From Nannocystales bacterium (lineage in GTDB: Bacteria; Myxococcota_A; Polyangia; Nannocystales; Nannocystaceae), in contig JBOEGF010000010.1 of NCBI GenBank assembly GCA_050633305.1, positions 576,001 to 640,000 of the forward strand: 64,000 bases of DNA, read 5' to 3'. Both the position numbers and the translations under genes were made by a program. Each line of letters begins with the position of its first letter. The stretch's first letter is position 1. Positions 1-9,657 of this stretch are shown here, piece by piece. A model generated the notes under the pieces. The model was not told the origin of the DNA. It did no database searches and saw only the letters and a program-made list of their open reading frames with translations.

Positions 1-16
1 CCGGGGGCACCTGGGC

Positions 17-2728
17 TTGGTTGCCTTCGGCGGAGGCCCGATGCATTCCGTCCTAGCAGACGAGCCGTGGGAGCTGGGGGCGAGTCCGACAGTGGGTTTC
101 CCGGTGATACTCGGCGACATCGACGGTGATGGCTTCGCAGACCTTGCTGCCATCGATTCGCACGAGGACGGCATGGGCGCGGCGAGCAGCAGGGCAACGC
201 TGAGCGTGCACCTCGGCGCACCCGGTGGTCCCACGACCGAATCCGTACAGCAGATCGAGTACGAGCCGAACTCCAGCTCACCCAGGTTGTTCGCTGCCGG
301 TGATGTGGATGGCGACGGACTGGCTGACGCCCTCGTGTACGCCGGAGCTCCCGTCTCGCTGCGACTGCACCGCGGGTCCGCTGTGGGGCTCGAGACCACC
401 GAGGTCTGGAGCAGGCCGCGGGATGGCGCATCTCGCTTGCCGGCGACAGGAGACCTCGATGGAGACGGCGACGTCGACATCGCCGTAGTCGGGTCGTCGG
501 GTGGGCCTTCGTCCTTGGAGGTCTTCATACAAGACGGCGGGACGCTTCCCGACACCGCCGATATCGTCGTTGAAGCGAGCAATGAGCAGTGGGGTGTTCC
601 TTTCACGGCGCCCGACATCGAGGGTGACGGCAGTGCAGAGCTTTTCGTCCTCGCGAGGGGGGCAGGTGGAGCGAGCTGGGTGAATCTCGTGCGGTGGAGC
701 GGGATGCCGAGCGCTGGGCCGGCGGCGCCGGACCAGGTGATCTCCTTGGACGAACTTGCGGGGGAGCCACTGCCACGCCTCGCCGAGATCGTCGGGCTCT
801 TGGACCACCAGGTGGCCATCGCTGCCGACTTCGACGGGGATGGACGCGGCGATGTCGCTGTTCCTCTATGGAGGGAGGAGGCTCCAGCAGAGATGCTGGT
901 CTTATACGGTGGTGCAGACGGACTGTCCGGCGGTCGGAGCTGGCGCTTCGTCAGTCCCACCGGTCCAACGGGAAACGCCTACTCCTATTTCGGACGGAGT
1001 TCTGCCGCGGGCGACCTCAACGGCGACGGGATCGCAGACCTCGCGGTGAGCACTGCCCCGCTTCTCTCGCCCGTGGGGTTGGAGCGGACATTCATCTTCG
1101 TCTTTCCCGGGTCGCCCGATGGCCTGGCGTCGTCGCCGAGCGACGTCATTCCGGGGGGGTGGGTGAACTCGGAGCTCGTGCACATGGGCCTGGGCGGGCT
1201 CAACGACACCAACGGCGACGGGTTCGCGGATGTGCCCGGCCGGCGCCGTGAGAGGATCGGCACCGACTGGGTCACGGTCGGGTTCGACGTCTATCCCGGC
1301 CAGGCTGAGGTCGACGCCTGTACCGCCGACTCGGACCACGACGCGGTCTGCGATGACGAAGACGACTGCCCCGAGACGTTCAACCCAACCCAGGCCGACT
1401 TCGACGGAGACGGTGTTGGCGACGCGTGCGATCCCAACCCCGGCGGCCCCAATCCCGAGACCGGGGGGGAGACCTCTACCGGAGCCTTGGACGGGACAAC
1501 GGGCGAGGACGGGGTAGGAACGACGACGGGCGTAGAGAACACTGAGGGGTCCACCACGTCCGCCGCCGACGTCGAGACCGATCTGGGGGGCACCGATACG
1601 GGTGGGTTCGCCGGTGGGGCAGCGGACTCGGGGTGCGGTTGTTCCGCTGGGAACGACGGCGGTGCGTCGTTCTTCGCACTCATGCTGCTGGTACTCGTGC
1701 GGGCACGGAGACGCTCGCGAACTCTGCTCGGGGTGCTCGGGGCGGTGCTCACGCTCACTTCTGGTTGTGGAGACAGTCGCCGGCCTCCACAGATGGCACC
1801 GGTGGCGGCACCGCTCGACGACGAGGGCGACGAAGACACGAGCGACGACGAATTCAACGACACGGGGGGCTTGAGACTGGACCTTGCCGGAGGCACGATC
1901 GATCCCACGGACCCCACGGCAGCCGGCGACGGTGTGCGGGGCTGCAGCCGGGTCGACTTCCTGTTCGTGATCGACAACTCTGGATCGATGCGGGACTTTC
2001 AGGAGAACCTGATCGCAAGCTTTCCTGACTTCATCCAGGCTATTGAGGAACAGGTCGAGATCACCAACTATCACATCATGGTCACCGACCTGGACGGGTG
2101 GGGCTACGACTATTGTGAAAGTGGTTGTGAGTCGCTCGGATACTGTGAAGGCGCTCCCGAGTACGGCTGTGGGGTCACGATCCCGGCCTCACCATGCGAG
2201 GCCGTCGTCGGTGCCGGCGTGATAGAGCCGGTCGGCCGCGACACGACCGGCCTGCCGTGCCCGATCTTCACCAGCGACCGCCGGTACCTGGATCACACCC
2301 AACCCGACCTCGAAGATGCGTTCGCCTGTGTTGCCCAGGTGGGAACCGCAGGCCCTGGGACCGAAGAATCCCTGGACCGCATGATCGATGCGCTCGGCGA
2401 CGAGGGGACCTCCGCCGGAGAGTGTAACGCCGGGTTTCTCCGTGATGATGCCATCCTCGTCGTCACGCTCATTACCGACGAAGACAACGCGGAGGGAGTC
2501 AACGGCGCAACCGCCATCGAGGCTGTCGTCGATGCCAAGGGTGGGGACCAAGAGGCGATCGTCGCCCTCGGTGTGATCTCCCAAAGTGTCTCACTCGAGC
2601 AGTTCGTGAACCACTTTGGTGACAACGCGTTGCTCGGAGACATCCGCGCGGAGTCGTACGCCCCGTTCTTCGAAGAGGCCGTGAGCATCATCGACCGGGT
2701 GTGCGACGACTTCATCCCCGAGGGGTAG
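17..2728 (+). CDS. FG-GAP repeat / thrombospondin type-3 protein with internal MYXO-CTERM, fused to a lipoprotein vWA-like domain (5' end probably outside the window)
   Basis: Repeated GDxDGDGxxD FG-GAP motifs; DSDHDAVCD..DCP..NP.Q.DFDGDGVGDACD (TSP3-like); GCGCS-hydrophobic-RRR (MYXO-CTERM); then DFLFVIDNSGSM and GFLRDDAILVVTLITDED (myxobacterial vWA-like). Confidence 0.8.
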   Translation: MVAFGGGPMHSVLADEPWELGASPTVGFPVILGDIDGDGFADLAAIDSHEDGMGAASSRATLSVHLGAPGGPTTESVQQIEYEPNSSSPRLFAAGDVDGDGLADALVYAGAPVSLRLHRGSAVGLETTEVWSRPRDGASRLPATGDLDGDGDVDIAVVGSSGGPSSLEVFIQDGGTLPDTADIVVEASNEQWGVPFTAPDIEGDGSAELFVLARGAGGASWVNLVRWSGMPSAGPAAPDQVISLDELAGEPLPRLAEIVGLLDHQVAIAADFDGDGRGDVAVPLWREEAPAEMLVLYGGADGLSGGRSWRFVSPTGPTGNAYSYFGRSSAAGDLNGDGIADLAVSTAPLLSPVGLERTFIFVFPGSPDGLASSPSDVIPGGWVNSELVHMGLGGLNDTNGDGFADVPGRRRERIGTDWVTVGFDVYPGQAEVDACTADSDHDAVCDDEDDCPETFNPTQADFDGDGVGDACDPNPGGPNPETGGETSTGALDGTTGEDGVGTTTGVENTEGSTTSAADVETDLGGTDTGGFAGGAADSGCGCSAGNDGGASFFALMLLVLVRARRRSRTLLGVLGAVLTLTSGCGDSRRPPQMAPVAAPLDDEGDEDTSDDEFNDTGGLRLDLAGGTIDPTDPTAAGDGVRGCSRVDFLFVIDNSGSMRDFQENLIASFPDFIQAIEEQVEITNYHIMVTDLDGWGYDYCESGCESLGYCEGAPEYGCGVTIPASPCEAVVGAGVIEPVGRDTTGLPCPIFTSDRRYLDHTQPDLEDAFACVAQVGTAGPGTEESLDRMIDALGDEGTSAGECNAGFLRDDAILVVTLITDEDNAEGVNGATAIEAVVDAKGGDQEAIVALGVISQSVSLEQFVNHFGDNALLGDIRAESYAPFFEEAVSIIDRVCDDFIPEG

Positions 2729-3059
2729 GCCGGAGAGCCGCGGCCATTCCCGGCCGTGTCTCGGGTCCTCTGGAAGTTGCGTGACTCGTTCTCACGCCCT
2801 GGTCTCGGCGTGGTGTACCCGCGGGGAAGCAGTCTCTGGTGGGGCCAACTCTCGACGCTGCTATCCTTCCGGTCCTGGCCCGCAGGAAGCAGCGCCCCTT
2901 CTGTGGGTCCTTGGAGGTCGAGCGTGGCGGCGACGAGGTGCTTGGACGCCGAATGCCGCGGCTGCCGCGTGCGACTGACATCGAAGGCCTTGCGTACGAG
3001 GCGATTGAGTCGGGCATCGAAAAGGGGAGAGGTTCTCTGCGAGGGCGCAAGCGCTCGCG

Positions 3060-3359
3060 ATGGCCTCTGGGGGCGCAGTGGGCCTGCTTGCGTTGTGGGG
3101 CCTGCGGCTCGGAGCGCCGGAGCGGCTTGATGCTCTCGTCGCGGAACTCGGCTGGCTGCATCTGGGCATCCTCGCGGTCTCGGCGATGACGGCGTATGGC
3201 ATCTTGCAGTTGTTGTTCGACCGGGCCCCGCCTCCATCCTCCGGGCCTGGCCAGTTTGGGAGTTTCGTGGAGAACCACAGTGAAGAAGGCCGCTGGAAGC
3301 GGCGCCTGATCGCTGTCGCGGTCGGGATCGTGCACACGTGGGTCTTCCTCGCGGGCTGA
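3060..3359 (+). CDS. Small hypothetical membrane protein
   Basis: 99-aa ORF with 2-3 hydrophobic stretches in an otherwise empty gap; no recognised motif. Confidence 0.35.
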   Translation: MASGGAVGLLALWGLRLGAPERLDALVAELGWLHLGILAVSAMTAYGILQLLFDRAPPPSSGPGQFGSFVENHSEEGRWKRRLIAVAVGIVHTWVFLAG

Positions 3360-3587
3360 GGGGGTTCGGCTGCGGTGCTCACGGGCGGTGGACCAAGAAC
3401 GACAAGCCGTCGTACGGGGAGAGCGAGAGTTCCTTGTCGCGTCCGGCGTACGTCCGCGTGACCATGGGCTGGAGGAGGCGCCCAGGTGTGCGGACGCGTG
3501 CGTTGCCGGGTGCGCGGCTGCGCCCGCGGTGAGTCGCCACCTGATTCGACTGATGGGTTCCCGGGGGGGGGAGTTATCGGAATGCTC

Positions 3588-5252
3588 TCAGCGGGTCATC
3601 CGGATCTGCGCCCGTGCGACATCGAGGGAGACCGTCGCCAAGTTGAGCTCGACGCGTTCGAGCTCCTCGGCGACGAGCAGCGGGGCTCGCACCATGACCG
3701 CCGACCCTCCGTGAAGTGGGACGACATCGACCGCGGTTTCGGTCGCGTCACCGCGCTCGTCCACGTACCGCAACGATGTGAAATCATCGAGTGCGGAGGG
3801 GTCGACCCACCCGCGATCCGTCCACCAGTGTGAGACGCCGGTCTCGGTGTCGACGAGGCCGACGAGAACATTGGAACCATCGAGCGCGTCGGTCATGTCG
3901 GCGGCATCCCAACTCGACAGGATCGAGATGCGCTCGAACGTCGCGTTCCACTGCCAGTCGGAAACCCACTCCGCGTCGCAGTACGTCATATAGTCGTAGT
4001 GCTCGGCGGCTGCGCGAACCTGGTGGTCCCGCACGCCCCAGCCCCACCCTCCGATGAGGCCGTCGGCGTAAGGGTAGGACGGGTCGACGTCCTGGTTGAA
4101 GCTCGGACATCCGACATGGGATCGCCCCTGGTTGTGTCCGATCTCGTGGACAACCGAGTCCGCCTGTTTGAACGAGGTCGACACCACGGCGACCCGCGTC
4201 GCGCCATCGCCCATCGTCGGGCCTGCCCACGCACCAATTCCACCGAGACAGGTCGCGCCGTCACAGGCCCCGCAGTTGTCGAAGAGCGTGGTGTAGTAGA
4301 CGTTCGGGTCCGCTTGGTCCGTTGCTCGCAACACGCCGGTACGGCCGAGTAGCTCGACGAATCCGTCGTACGTGGACAGGTCGATGTCGTCGACGACGAT
4401 CGGAGCATGTGCGGTGACCTCGATGGTCTCGAGGCCGTGAAGTTGAAACAGTGCATCTTCGTACACTGCGAGTCCGTCCCCCGACACGTCGACGCTGGTC
4501 GTGCACTCCGATGACGTGTAGTCGACGGGAACCAAGACCACCCGCATGTTCTGCGGTTGTGCTTCCACGCCCAGGGGGAGTTCTCCCTCGGCCGCGCCGG
4601 GGGGCGTGTCGACGGGGGGCAGCGTCTCGAAGTCACCGCCTGCCTCGAACAACTCCACGGTGCAGCTCGCCCCCGCGTTCATCAGGTCGGCAGAGAGGAC
4701 CACCAGAAAGCCTGAGTCGGGCTCATCGACGAGCGAGTCGCTGGAGACCACCGCCTCTTGCACGACGAGGTCCTGGGTCCCGTCCTCCTGCGTGACCGTG
4801 ACGCGGGCCTCGAGGGCGCGCTCCACCCAAACGTCTTCATCGACGTCCAGGAACACACGTAGGGCGGTTTCACGGTTGCGGGGCAGTCGAGCACTGCGTT
4901 CGGTGGGCGGGATTGCAACCGAGTCCACGGCAATCGGAATCGCGACTCCCGGGTTTAGATGCACCGCAGAGATCGACACGCCGCGTGCAGGCTCGAGTTC
5001 CGTCGTGTCTCCGGTCTCTTCGCCGGACCCGCTGCTGCCCGCTGTACTCGAGCTCGATGTCGTCGGTTCATCGACGCCGCCAGTGGACATGGGGACGCTT
5101 TGTCCCGTGTCCGCCGTCACGTCTGTTGTCCCCGTCGTCGGTCCCGTGTCGTCGGCGACCGAGGGACCGTCTCCATCGGCACATGCGCCGCCGGTGAGCA
5201 TGGCGATCGCAGCGACCGCGAGAGGGCTACGGAGTCGTCTAACTTGGGGCAT
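3588..5252 (-). CDS. Lipoprotein zinc metallopeptidase (metzincin, M66-like)
   Basis: Lipobox-like TGGAC, Ser/Thr linker, HEIGHNQGRSH zinc motif, YPY..G.IG.WGW and DYMTYC Met-turn; start placed at MPQVRR (ATG 5252). Confidence 0.75.
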   Translation of the reverse strand: MPQVRRLRSPLAVAAIAMLTGGACADGDGPSVADDTGPTTGTTDVTADTGQSVPMSTGGVDEPTTSSSSTAGSSGSGEETGDTTELEPARGVSISAVHLNPGVAIPIAVDSVAIPPTERSARLPRNRETALRVFLDVDEDVWVERALEARVTVTQEDGTQDLVVQEAVVSSDSLVDEPDSGFLVVLSADLMNAGASCTVELFEAGGDFETLPPVDTPPGAAEGELPLGVEAQPQNMRVVLVPVDYTSSECTTSVDVSGDGLAVYEDALFQLHGLETIEVTAHAPIVVDDIDLSTYDGFVELLGRTGVLRATDQADPNVYYTTLFDNCGACDGATCLGGIGAWAGPTMGDGATRVAVVSTSFKQADSVVHEIGHNQGRSHVGCPSFNQDVDPSYPYADGLIGGWGWGVRDHQVRAAAEHYDYMTYCDAEWVSDWQWNATFERISILSSWDAADMTDALDGSNVLVGLVDTETGVSHWWTDRGWVDPSALDDFTSLRYVDERGDATETAVDVVPLHGGSAVMVRAPLLVAEELERVELNLATVSLDVARAQIRMTR

Positions 5253-5543
5253 ATGGACCACTGTGGTGGTGCGACGCCGCCAATCGATTCCCATGCACGC
5301 GAGAAAGTTTCTTGTCGCGCCAGTCGAGAAACGGATCACTGCTGATGGGTGGGTGGGCTGCGCCCCGCACTCCTGTCCAGCTCCTGTGGCCGGCTCACCG
5401 TCAGTCTCGGGTCTGTAGACCTCGCGCCAGTCGTTTCGCGCCCCCAGCTTGGCTGCGGTCGCGCGAATCAAGACCTGCCAACGTCCGGAAAACCACCAGA
5501 ATTACAATATGACACTGGGTGCCATTATTGGTACGGTCGAGCC

Positions 5544-7385
5544 ATGCCACGCGTCATCGATGGTCGAGCGCCAGTCCTGTCCGTCCCCCATGGCCCCCTC
5601 TACGCCGAGCAGAGCACGTCCCCGATTCTCGGTTCCACTCGACCCGTACCCCTACTCGTAAGCTTGCTCCTGCTTGCTGGCTGTCCGTCCGCCTCCTCCT
5701 CCTCTGGGGGTACGAATGCGTCAGGAAGCACAGGTGTGTCTGGAAACACGGATGCGTCAGGGGACACAGACGCGTCTGGAAGTACGGGCCCCTCAGGAAG
5801 CACGGGCCTTTCGGGAGGTACGGAACCCTCGGAAAGCACGGATACGTCAGGAGGCGCAGAATGCGAATCCGGCTACTATCAGTTTGAGGACGTTTGTCTG
5901 CTCGAAGTTCCGGGAGAAACGTACTTCGTATCCTTGGATGGAGACAACAGCAACGTCGGCAGCTTTGAGGCGCCTTTCTACTCGTGGCAAAGGGGGGTCG
6001 AGGCCGCTCGTCCCGGAGATATCGTCTACATTCGCGGTGGTGTTTGGGAGCCGGCCGAGCGTGTCGGACGCGTCTTCGGCATGGGGCTCCTCGCCGAGAA
6101 TACCGGAACCGAGGACGCGCCTATTCGCTACTTCAACTACCCAGGTGAGGTCCCCATCCTTGACGGCAGTCTCATGGAACCGGACGAGTACCAATGGAAT
6201 GCTGGCGTGAGCATGGACAATGTCGAGTACATCCACCTTCGGGGGTTGACGGTCAGGGAAATCCACCAGAGTCCACCGGACTTCGAGCACGAGAAGCCGT
6301 ACTCGGAGGCCTACGGCATCGGATGTACGAACTGCGCCAATATGCGGTATGAGAACATGACCGTGCATGATATCGATGGGCGGGCCTTTCAGCACTGGAG
6401 TGGCGCATGGACTGAACTCGATGCGCAGGCCTCCTATGACCGATGCGTGGAGGATCAGGGCGGTGATGAAAGCAATTGCACGTATCCAACCCCGATCTAC
6501 GAAAGCGACGAATCCTCCTGGGTCAACTGCGATGCGTACAACTTGTTTGATCGGCACTCCACAGCGCCGGGGAACGCTGCGGATGGCTGGAAAGTAGCCA
6601 CGTATCACGGCAGCACCTTCACCTGGGAAGGTTGTCGCGCTTGGAACTACAGCGACGATGGGTTTGACCCTCACGGCTCCGGAATGCGGATCTTCGATTC
6701 GTGCTGGGCCATGTCCACGGACAAATACGCGGATGAGTCCGGCGACTGGGACGTCGAAGGGAATGGCTTCAAAATTACCGCGGTCAATCGCTCTGGAATC
6801 GAGGGCTATGAACTAGGCGCGGAGGTCGGCGTCGTCGTTCGAAACTCCATTGCCGCTGGCAATCTGGGCGTTGGGGTCTACAATAATATCCTGGCTGATT
6901 TCGACGACCTTTGGCCCAATGGTGGGCTGCTTCATAACAATTTTGCCTTTCAGAACTACCACGGTCACTCGGATAGTACGACGTCCGTTTACCGGAATAA
7001 TGTTGCTTATAGCAGCGTCGCTGTTGGGCCTATTGGGGAGGTCTACAATATCGCCATTTCGAACTCTGAGTACACTGAGAGCCACAATAGCTGGGTGAAG
7101 CAAGATGACGGAGGTTGGCCATGGGCGATCGATAACCCGGACTTCGGCATCGAGGAGGAAGACTATTTGAGTCTCGACATGTCCGAGCTCACGCTTCCGC
7201 GACAAGCCGATCACAGTCTTCCTGACATCTCTTTCGCTCACCTTGCGGAAGGATCGGACCTCATCGACGGTGGCGTCGTGATCCCTGGCTACCACTGCGA
7301 AACGTCGGGCGAGAAGTCGGATGGCGCCTGTGTCGAGTGGTACGGCGCTGCCCCGGACTTGGGGCCATTCGAAAGCAACTACTAG
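5544..7385 (+). CDS. Right-handed beta-helix lipoprotein, PL9 pectate lyase-like
   Basis: LLLLAGC lipobox; YFVS..GDNSN.GS.EAPF, PGDIVYIRGG, GNAADGWK, NYSDDGFD, GNGFK and C-terminal APDLGPFE motifs typical of PL9-like proteins. Confidence 0.75.
   Translation: MPRVIDGRAPVLSVPHGPLYAEQSTSPILGSTRPVPLLVSLLLLAGCPSASSSSGGTNASGSTGVSGNTDASGDTDASGSTGPSGSTGLSGGTEPSESTDTSGGAECESGYYQFEDVCLLEVPGETYFVSLDGDNSNVGSFEAPFYSWQRGVEAARPGDIVYIRGGVWEPAERVGRVFGMGLLAENTGTEDAPIRYFNYPGEVPILDGSLMEPDEYQWNAGVSMDNVEYIHLRGLTVREIHQSPPDFEHEKPYSEAYGIGCTNCANMRYENMTVHDIDGRAFQHWSGAWTELDAQASYDRCVEDQGGDESNCTYPTPIYESDESSWVNCDAYNLFDRHSTAPGNAADGWKVATYHGSTFTWEGCRAWNYSDDGFDPHGSGMRIFDSCWAMSTDKYADESGDWDVEGNGFKITAVNRSGIEGYELGAEVGVVVRNSIAAGNLGVGVYNNILADFDDLWPNGGLLHNNFAFQNYHGHSDSTTSVYRNNVAYSSVAVGPIGEVYNIAISNSEYTESHNSWVKQDDGGWPWAIDNPDFGIEEEDYLSLDMSELTLPRQADHSLPDISFAHLAEGSDLIDGGVVIPGYHCETSGEKSDGACVEWYGAAPDLGPFESNY
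5712..5855 (+). repeat. Eight degenerate 18-bp tandem repeats encoding a T-x-x-S-G-x linker
   Basis: Units such as acgaatgcgtcaggaagc, acggatgcgtcaggggac and acgggcccctcaggaagc read directly from the sequence. Confidence 0.8.
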
Positions 7386-7458
7386 ACGTCCTGTGGTCCC
7401 GCGAACGCGTCGTCAGCCACGAACGGGTTTCGCGGAGGCTGGTCCCCGCCGTACGGCG

Positions 7459-8478
7459 TCACGTCCGGGCGAAGTTCGCCACCATCCAATGCGGATACAG
7501 GTTCGGCGGTGCGGTGAGCTCGGCGAGGGCGTCGAGTTCATCTTGTGACCACTCAAGCTCCACCGCGCCGAGGTTGTCCTCGAGTTGCTCGACCCGTTTG
7601 GCGCCCACGAGCACCGAGGTGATGCCCCGCTGCTGCAATACCCATGAAAGGGCCAATCGCGGGATGGTGGAGTCCTTGGCCTTGGCGAGCTCGTCCAGCT
7701 TCTCGATCAAGTCGTAGCCTCTCTCCTTGTCCACGGGCGGGAAGTCGAACGTGGTCCGACGGGATCCTTCAGGGTCCTCTTGGCCACGACGATACTTGCC
7801 CGTGATGAAGCCACCGGCCAGCGGTGACCAGACCATGATGCCGAGGCCCTGGTCTTCGCACATCGGCACGAGGTCGAGTTCGAGCTCACGGCCCAGCAGC
7901 GAGTAGTAGGCCTGCAGGGACACGAAGCGGGTGCCGGCCGCGGCAAGGCTGTTTGCCTTGACCACTTGCCAGCTGGCGAGGTTGGAACACCCGATGTAGC
8001 GAACCTTGCCTTGTTGGACGAGGTCTTCGAGTGCCCGCATGGTCTCCTCCATCGGCGTGCGATCATCGGGACCGTGGATCTGGTAGAGGTCGATGTGGTC
8101 GGTACCGAGGCGGCGAAGACTCGCTTCGCAGCCGGCGATGATGTGCTTGCGAGACAGACCCACGTTGTTCATGTCGCCCGCTCCACCGCCGGCCGCGTCG
8201 CTCATCGGTCCGCGAACTTTCGTGGCGAGGACGACTGCGTCGCGGTCGATGCCGAGCTCCTTCAGCGCTCCGCCGAGGAGGGTCTCGGATTGGCCGTAGC
8301 TGTAGATGTCGGCGGTGTCGAAGAAGTTGATGCCCCCGTCGAGGGCTCGCTTCACCAGCGCTGTGGCGCCGTCCTGCTCGACTTGACCAATGCCATAGAA
8401 CCCCTGACCGAAGGTCATGCACCCAAGGCAGAGCTCTGAGACGCGTAGACCGGTGTTTCCCAAGAATCGATACTTCAT
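7459..8478 (-). CDS. Aldo/keto reductase
   Basis: MKYRFLGNTGLRVSELCLGCMTFG, FFDTADIYS.G.SE, LATK, IDLYQIH, GKVRYIGCSN, WSPLAGG. Confidence 0.95.
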   Translation of the reverse strand: MKYRFLGNTGLRVSELCLGCMTFGQGFYGIGQVEQDGATALVKRALDGGINFFDTADIYSYGQSETLLGGALKELGIDRDAVVLATKVRGPMSDAAGGGAGDMNNVGLSRKHIIAGCEASLRRLGTDHIDLYQIHGPDDRTPMEETMRALEDLVQQGKVRYIGCSNLASWQVVKANSLAAAGTRFVSLQAYYSLLGRELELDLVPMCEDQGLGIMVWSPLAGGFITGKYRRGQEDPEGSRRTTFDFPPVDKERGYDLIEKLDELAKAKDSTIPRLALSWVLQQRGITSVLVGAKRVEQLEDNLGAVELEWSQDELDALAELTAPPNLYPHWMVANFART

Positions 8479-8628
8479 GCTGTTTGTCCCTCGCGACTGC
8501 GGCGTGCTCCTACCCTAGGCGCCGCGGTGCGTGGCGGCCACGCTCGATCCTGGCGACGGTTTGCCTATTCCTGTCACCGGACACACACCAGGTGGCCAAT
8601 CGCCTCGAAAACTGGTCAAATCCTGGCG

Positions 8629-9540
8629 ATGGCGACGCCTGGCATCGTCGAGTTGTTGTTGGCCAACACGCCGAAAGAGGGGACCAACACGACGTATTGG
8701 CCCGGTCTGAAGCTGTTCCGCAGCGCCAAGCCCATGGCCCGGACTTCGATGGTCTACGACGCCAGCGTCTGCTTCGTGGCGCAGGGATCCAAGTGCGTTC
8801 ACGTGGGGACCGAGACGTATCGATACGACCCCATGAACTACTTGGTGGTCTCGCTCCCGCTCCCTGTCGAGGCCGAAATCTTGCAGGCGACACCCGACGA
8901 ACCACTCCTCGCGCTGGTCCTGCAAGTCGACGTCGCCGAGGTCGGGCAACTGTTGCTCGAGATGGATGAGGCCCACCCCGGGGGTGCCAGACCGGCCCAG
9001 CCCGGTCTCTACGTCTCGCCGGTCGACGATGAACTGGCAGACGCCATCGCCCGAATGACCGCGAACTCCACGGACCGCACACGCGCACGCGTCCTTGGGC
9101 CCGGAGCGATGCGGGAGGTCCTGTTTCACTTGCTGCGAGGGGAGCAGGGCGACCAACTCCGTCAGCTCGCCCTGAACGCCGGCGCGGGTCGTGGGGTGGC
9201 TCGGGTCGTCCGTCACCTCCAGCAACACTTCGACCGGCCGACGGATGTCGACGGCCTCGCGCGTATGGTCGGCATGAGCACCTCGACCTTGCACCGCAGC
9301 TTCAAGGAGGTCACGGCATTGACACCGATTCAGTACCTCAAGACCGTTCGACTGCACCGTGCGCGTGTCCTGATGTTGAGCGACGGTCTCAGCGCAGGCG
9401 AGGCCGCGTTCCAGGTCGGATACCAGAGTCAGTCGCAGTTCAGCCGCGAGTTCAAACGGCTGTTCGGGACAACGCCAAAGCAGGCGTTGATGGAGGTCGA
9501 GGTCCTCTCGTCAACACGGGCGGGTCCGGGCACCGCTTGA
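8629..9540 (+). CDS. AraC-family transcriptional regulator
   Basis: VCFVAQGSK N-domain; GMSTSTLHRSFK..T..TPIQYLK and VGYQSQSQFSREFKRLFG HTHs; divergent from the AKR. Confidence 0.93.
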   Translation: MATPGIVELLLANTPKEGTNTTYWPGLKLFRSAKPMARTSMVYDASVCFVAQGSKCVHVGTETYRYDPMNYLVVSLPLPVEAEILQATPDEPLLALVLQVDVAEVGQLLLEMDEAHPGGARPAQPGLYVSPVDDELADAIARMTANSTDRTRARVLGPGAMREVLFHLLRGEQGDQLRQLALNAGAGRGVARVVRHLQQHFDRPTDVDGLARMVGMSTSTLHRSFKEVTALTPIQYLKTVRLHRARVLMLSDGLSAGEAAFQVGYQSQSQFSREFKRLFGTTPKQALMEVEVLSSTRAGPGTA

Positions 9541-9657
9541 TGGTGGTGCATCGTGGCGCGAACGCGTGGCTGCCTCGTAGGACGGGAGGCAGAAGGACGC
9601 CGCGGGCGAGTTGTTCAAACGGGCGTCGGCGCTCGCATCGTGCAAGCGGCGGACGGT

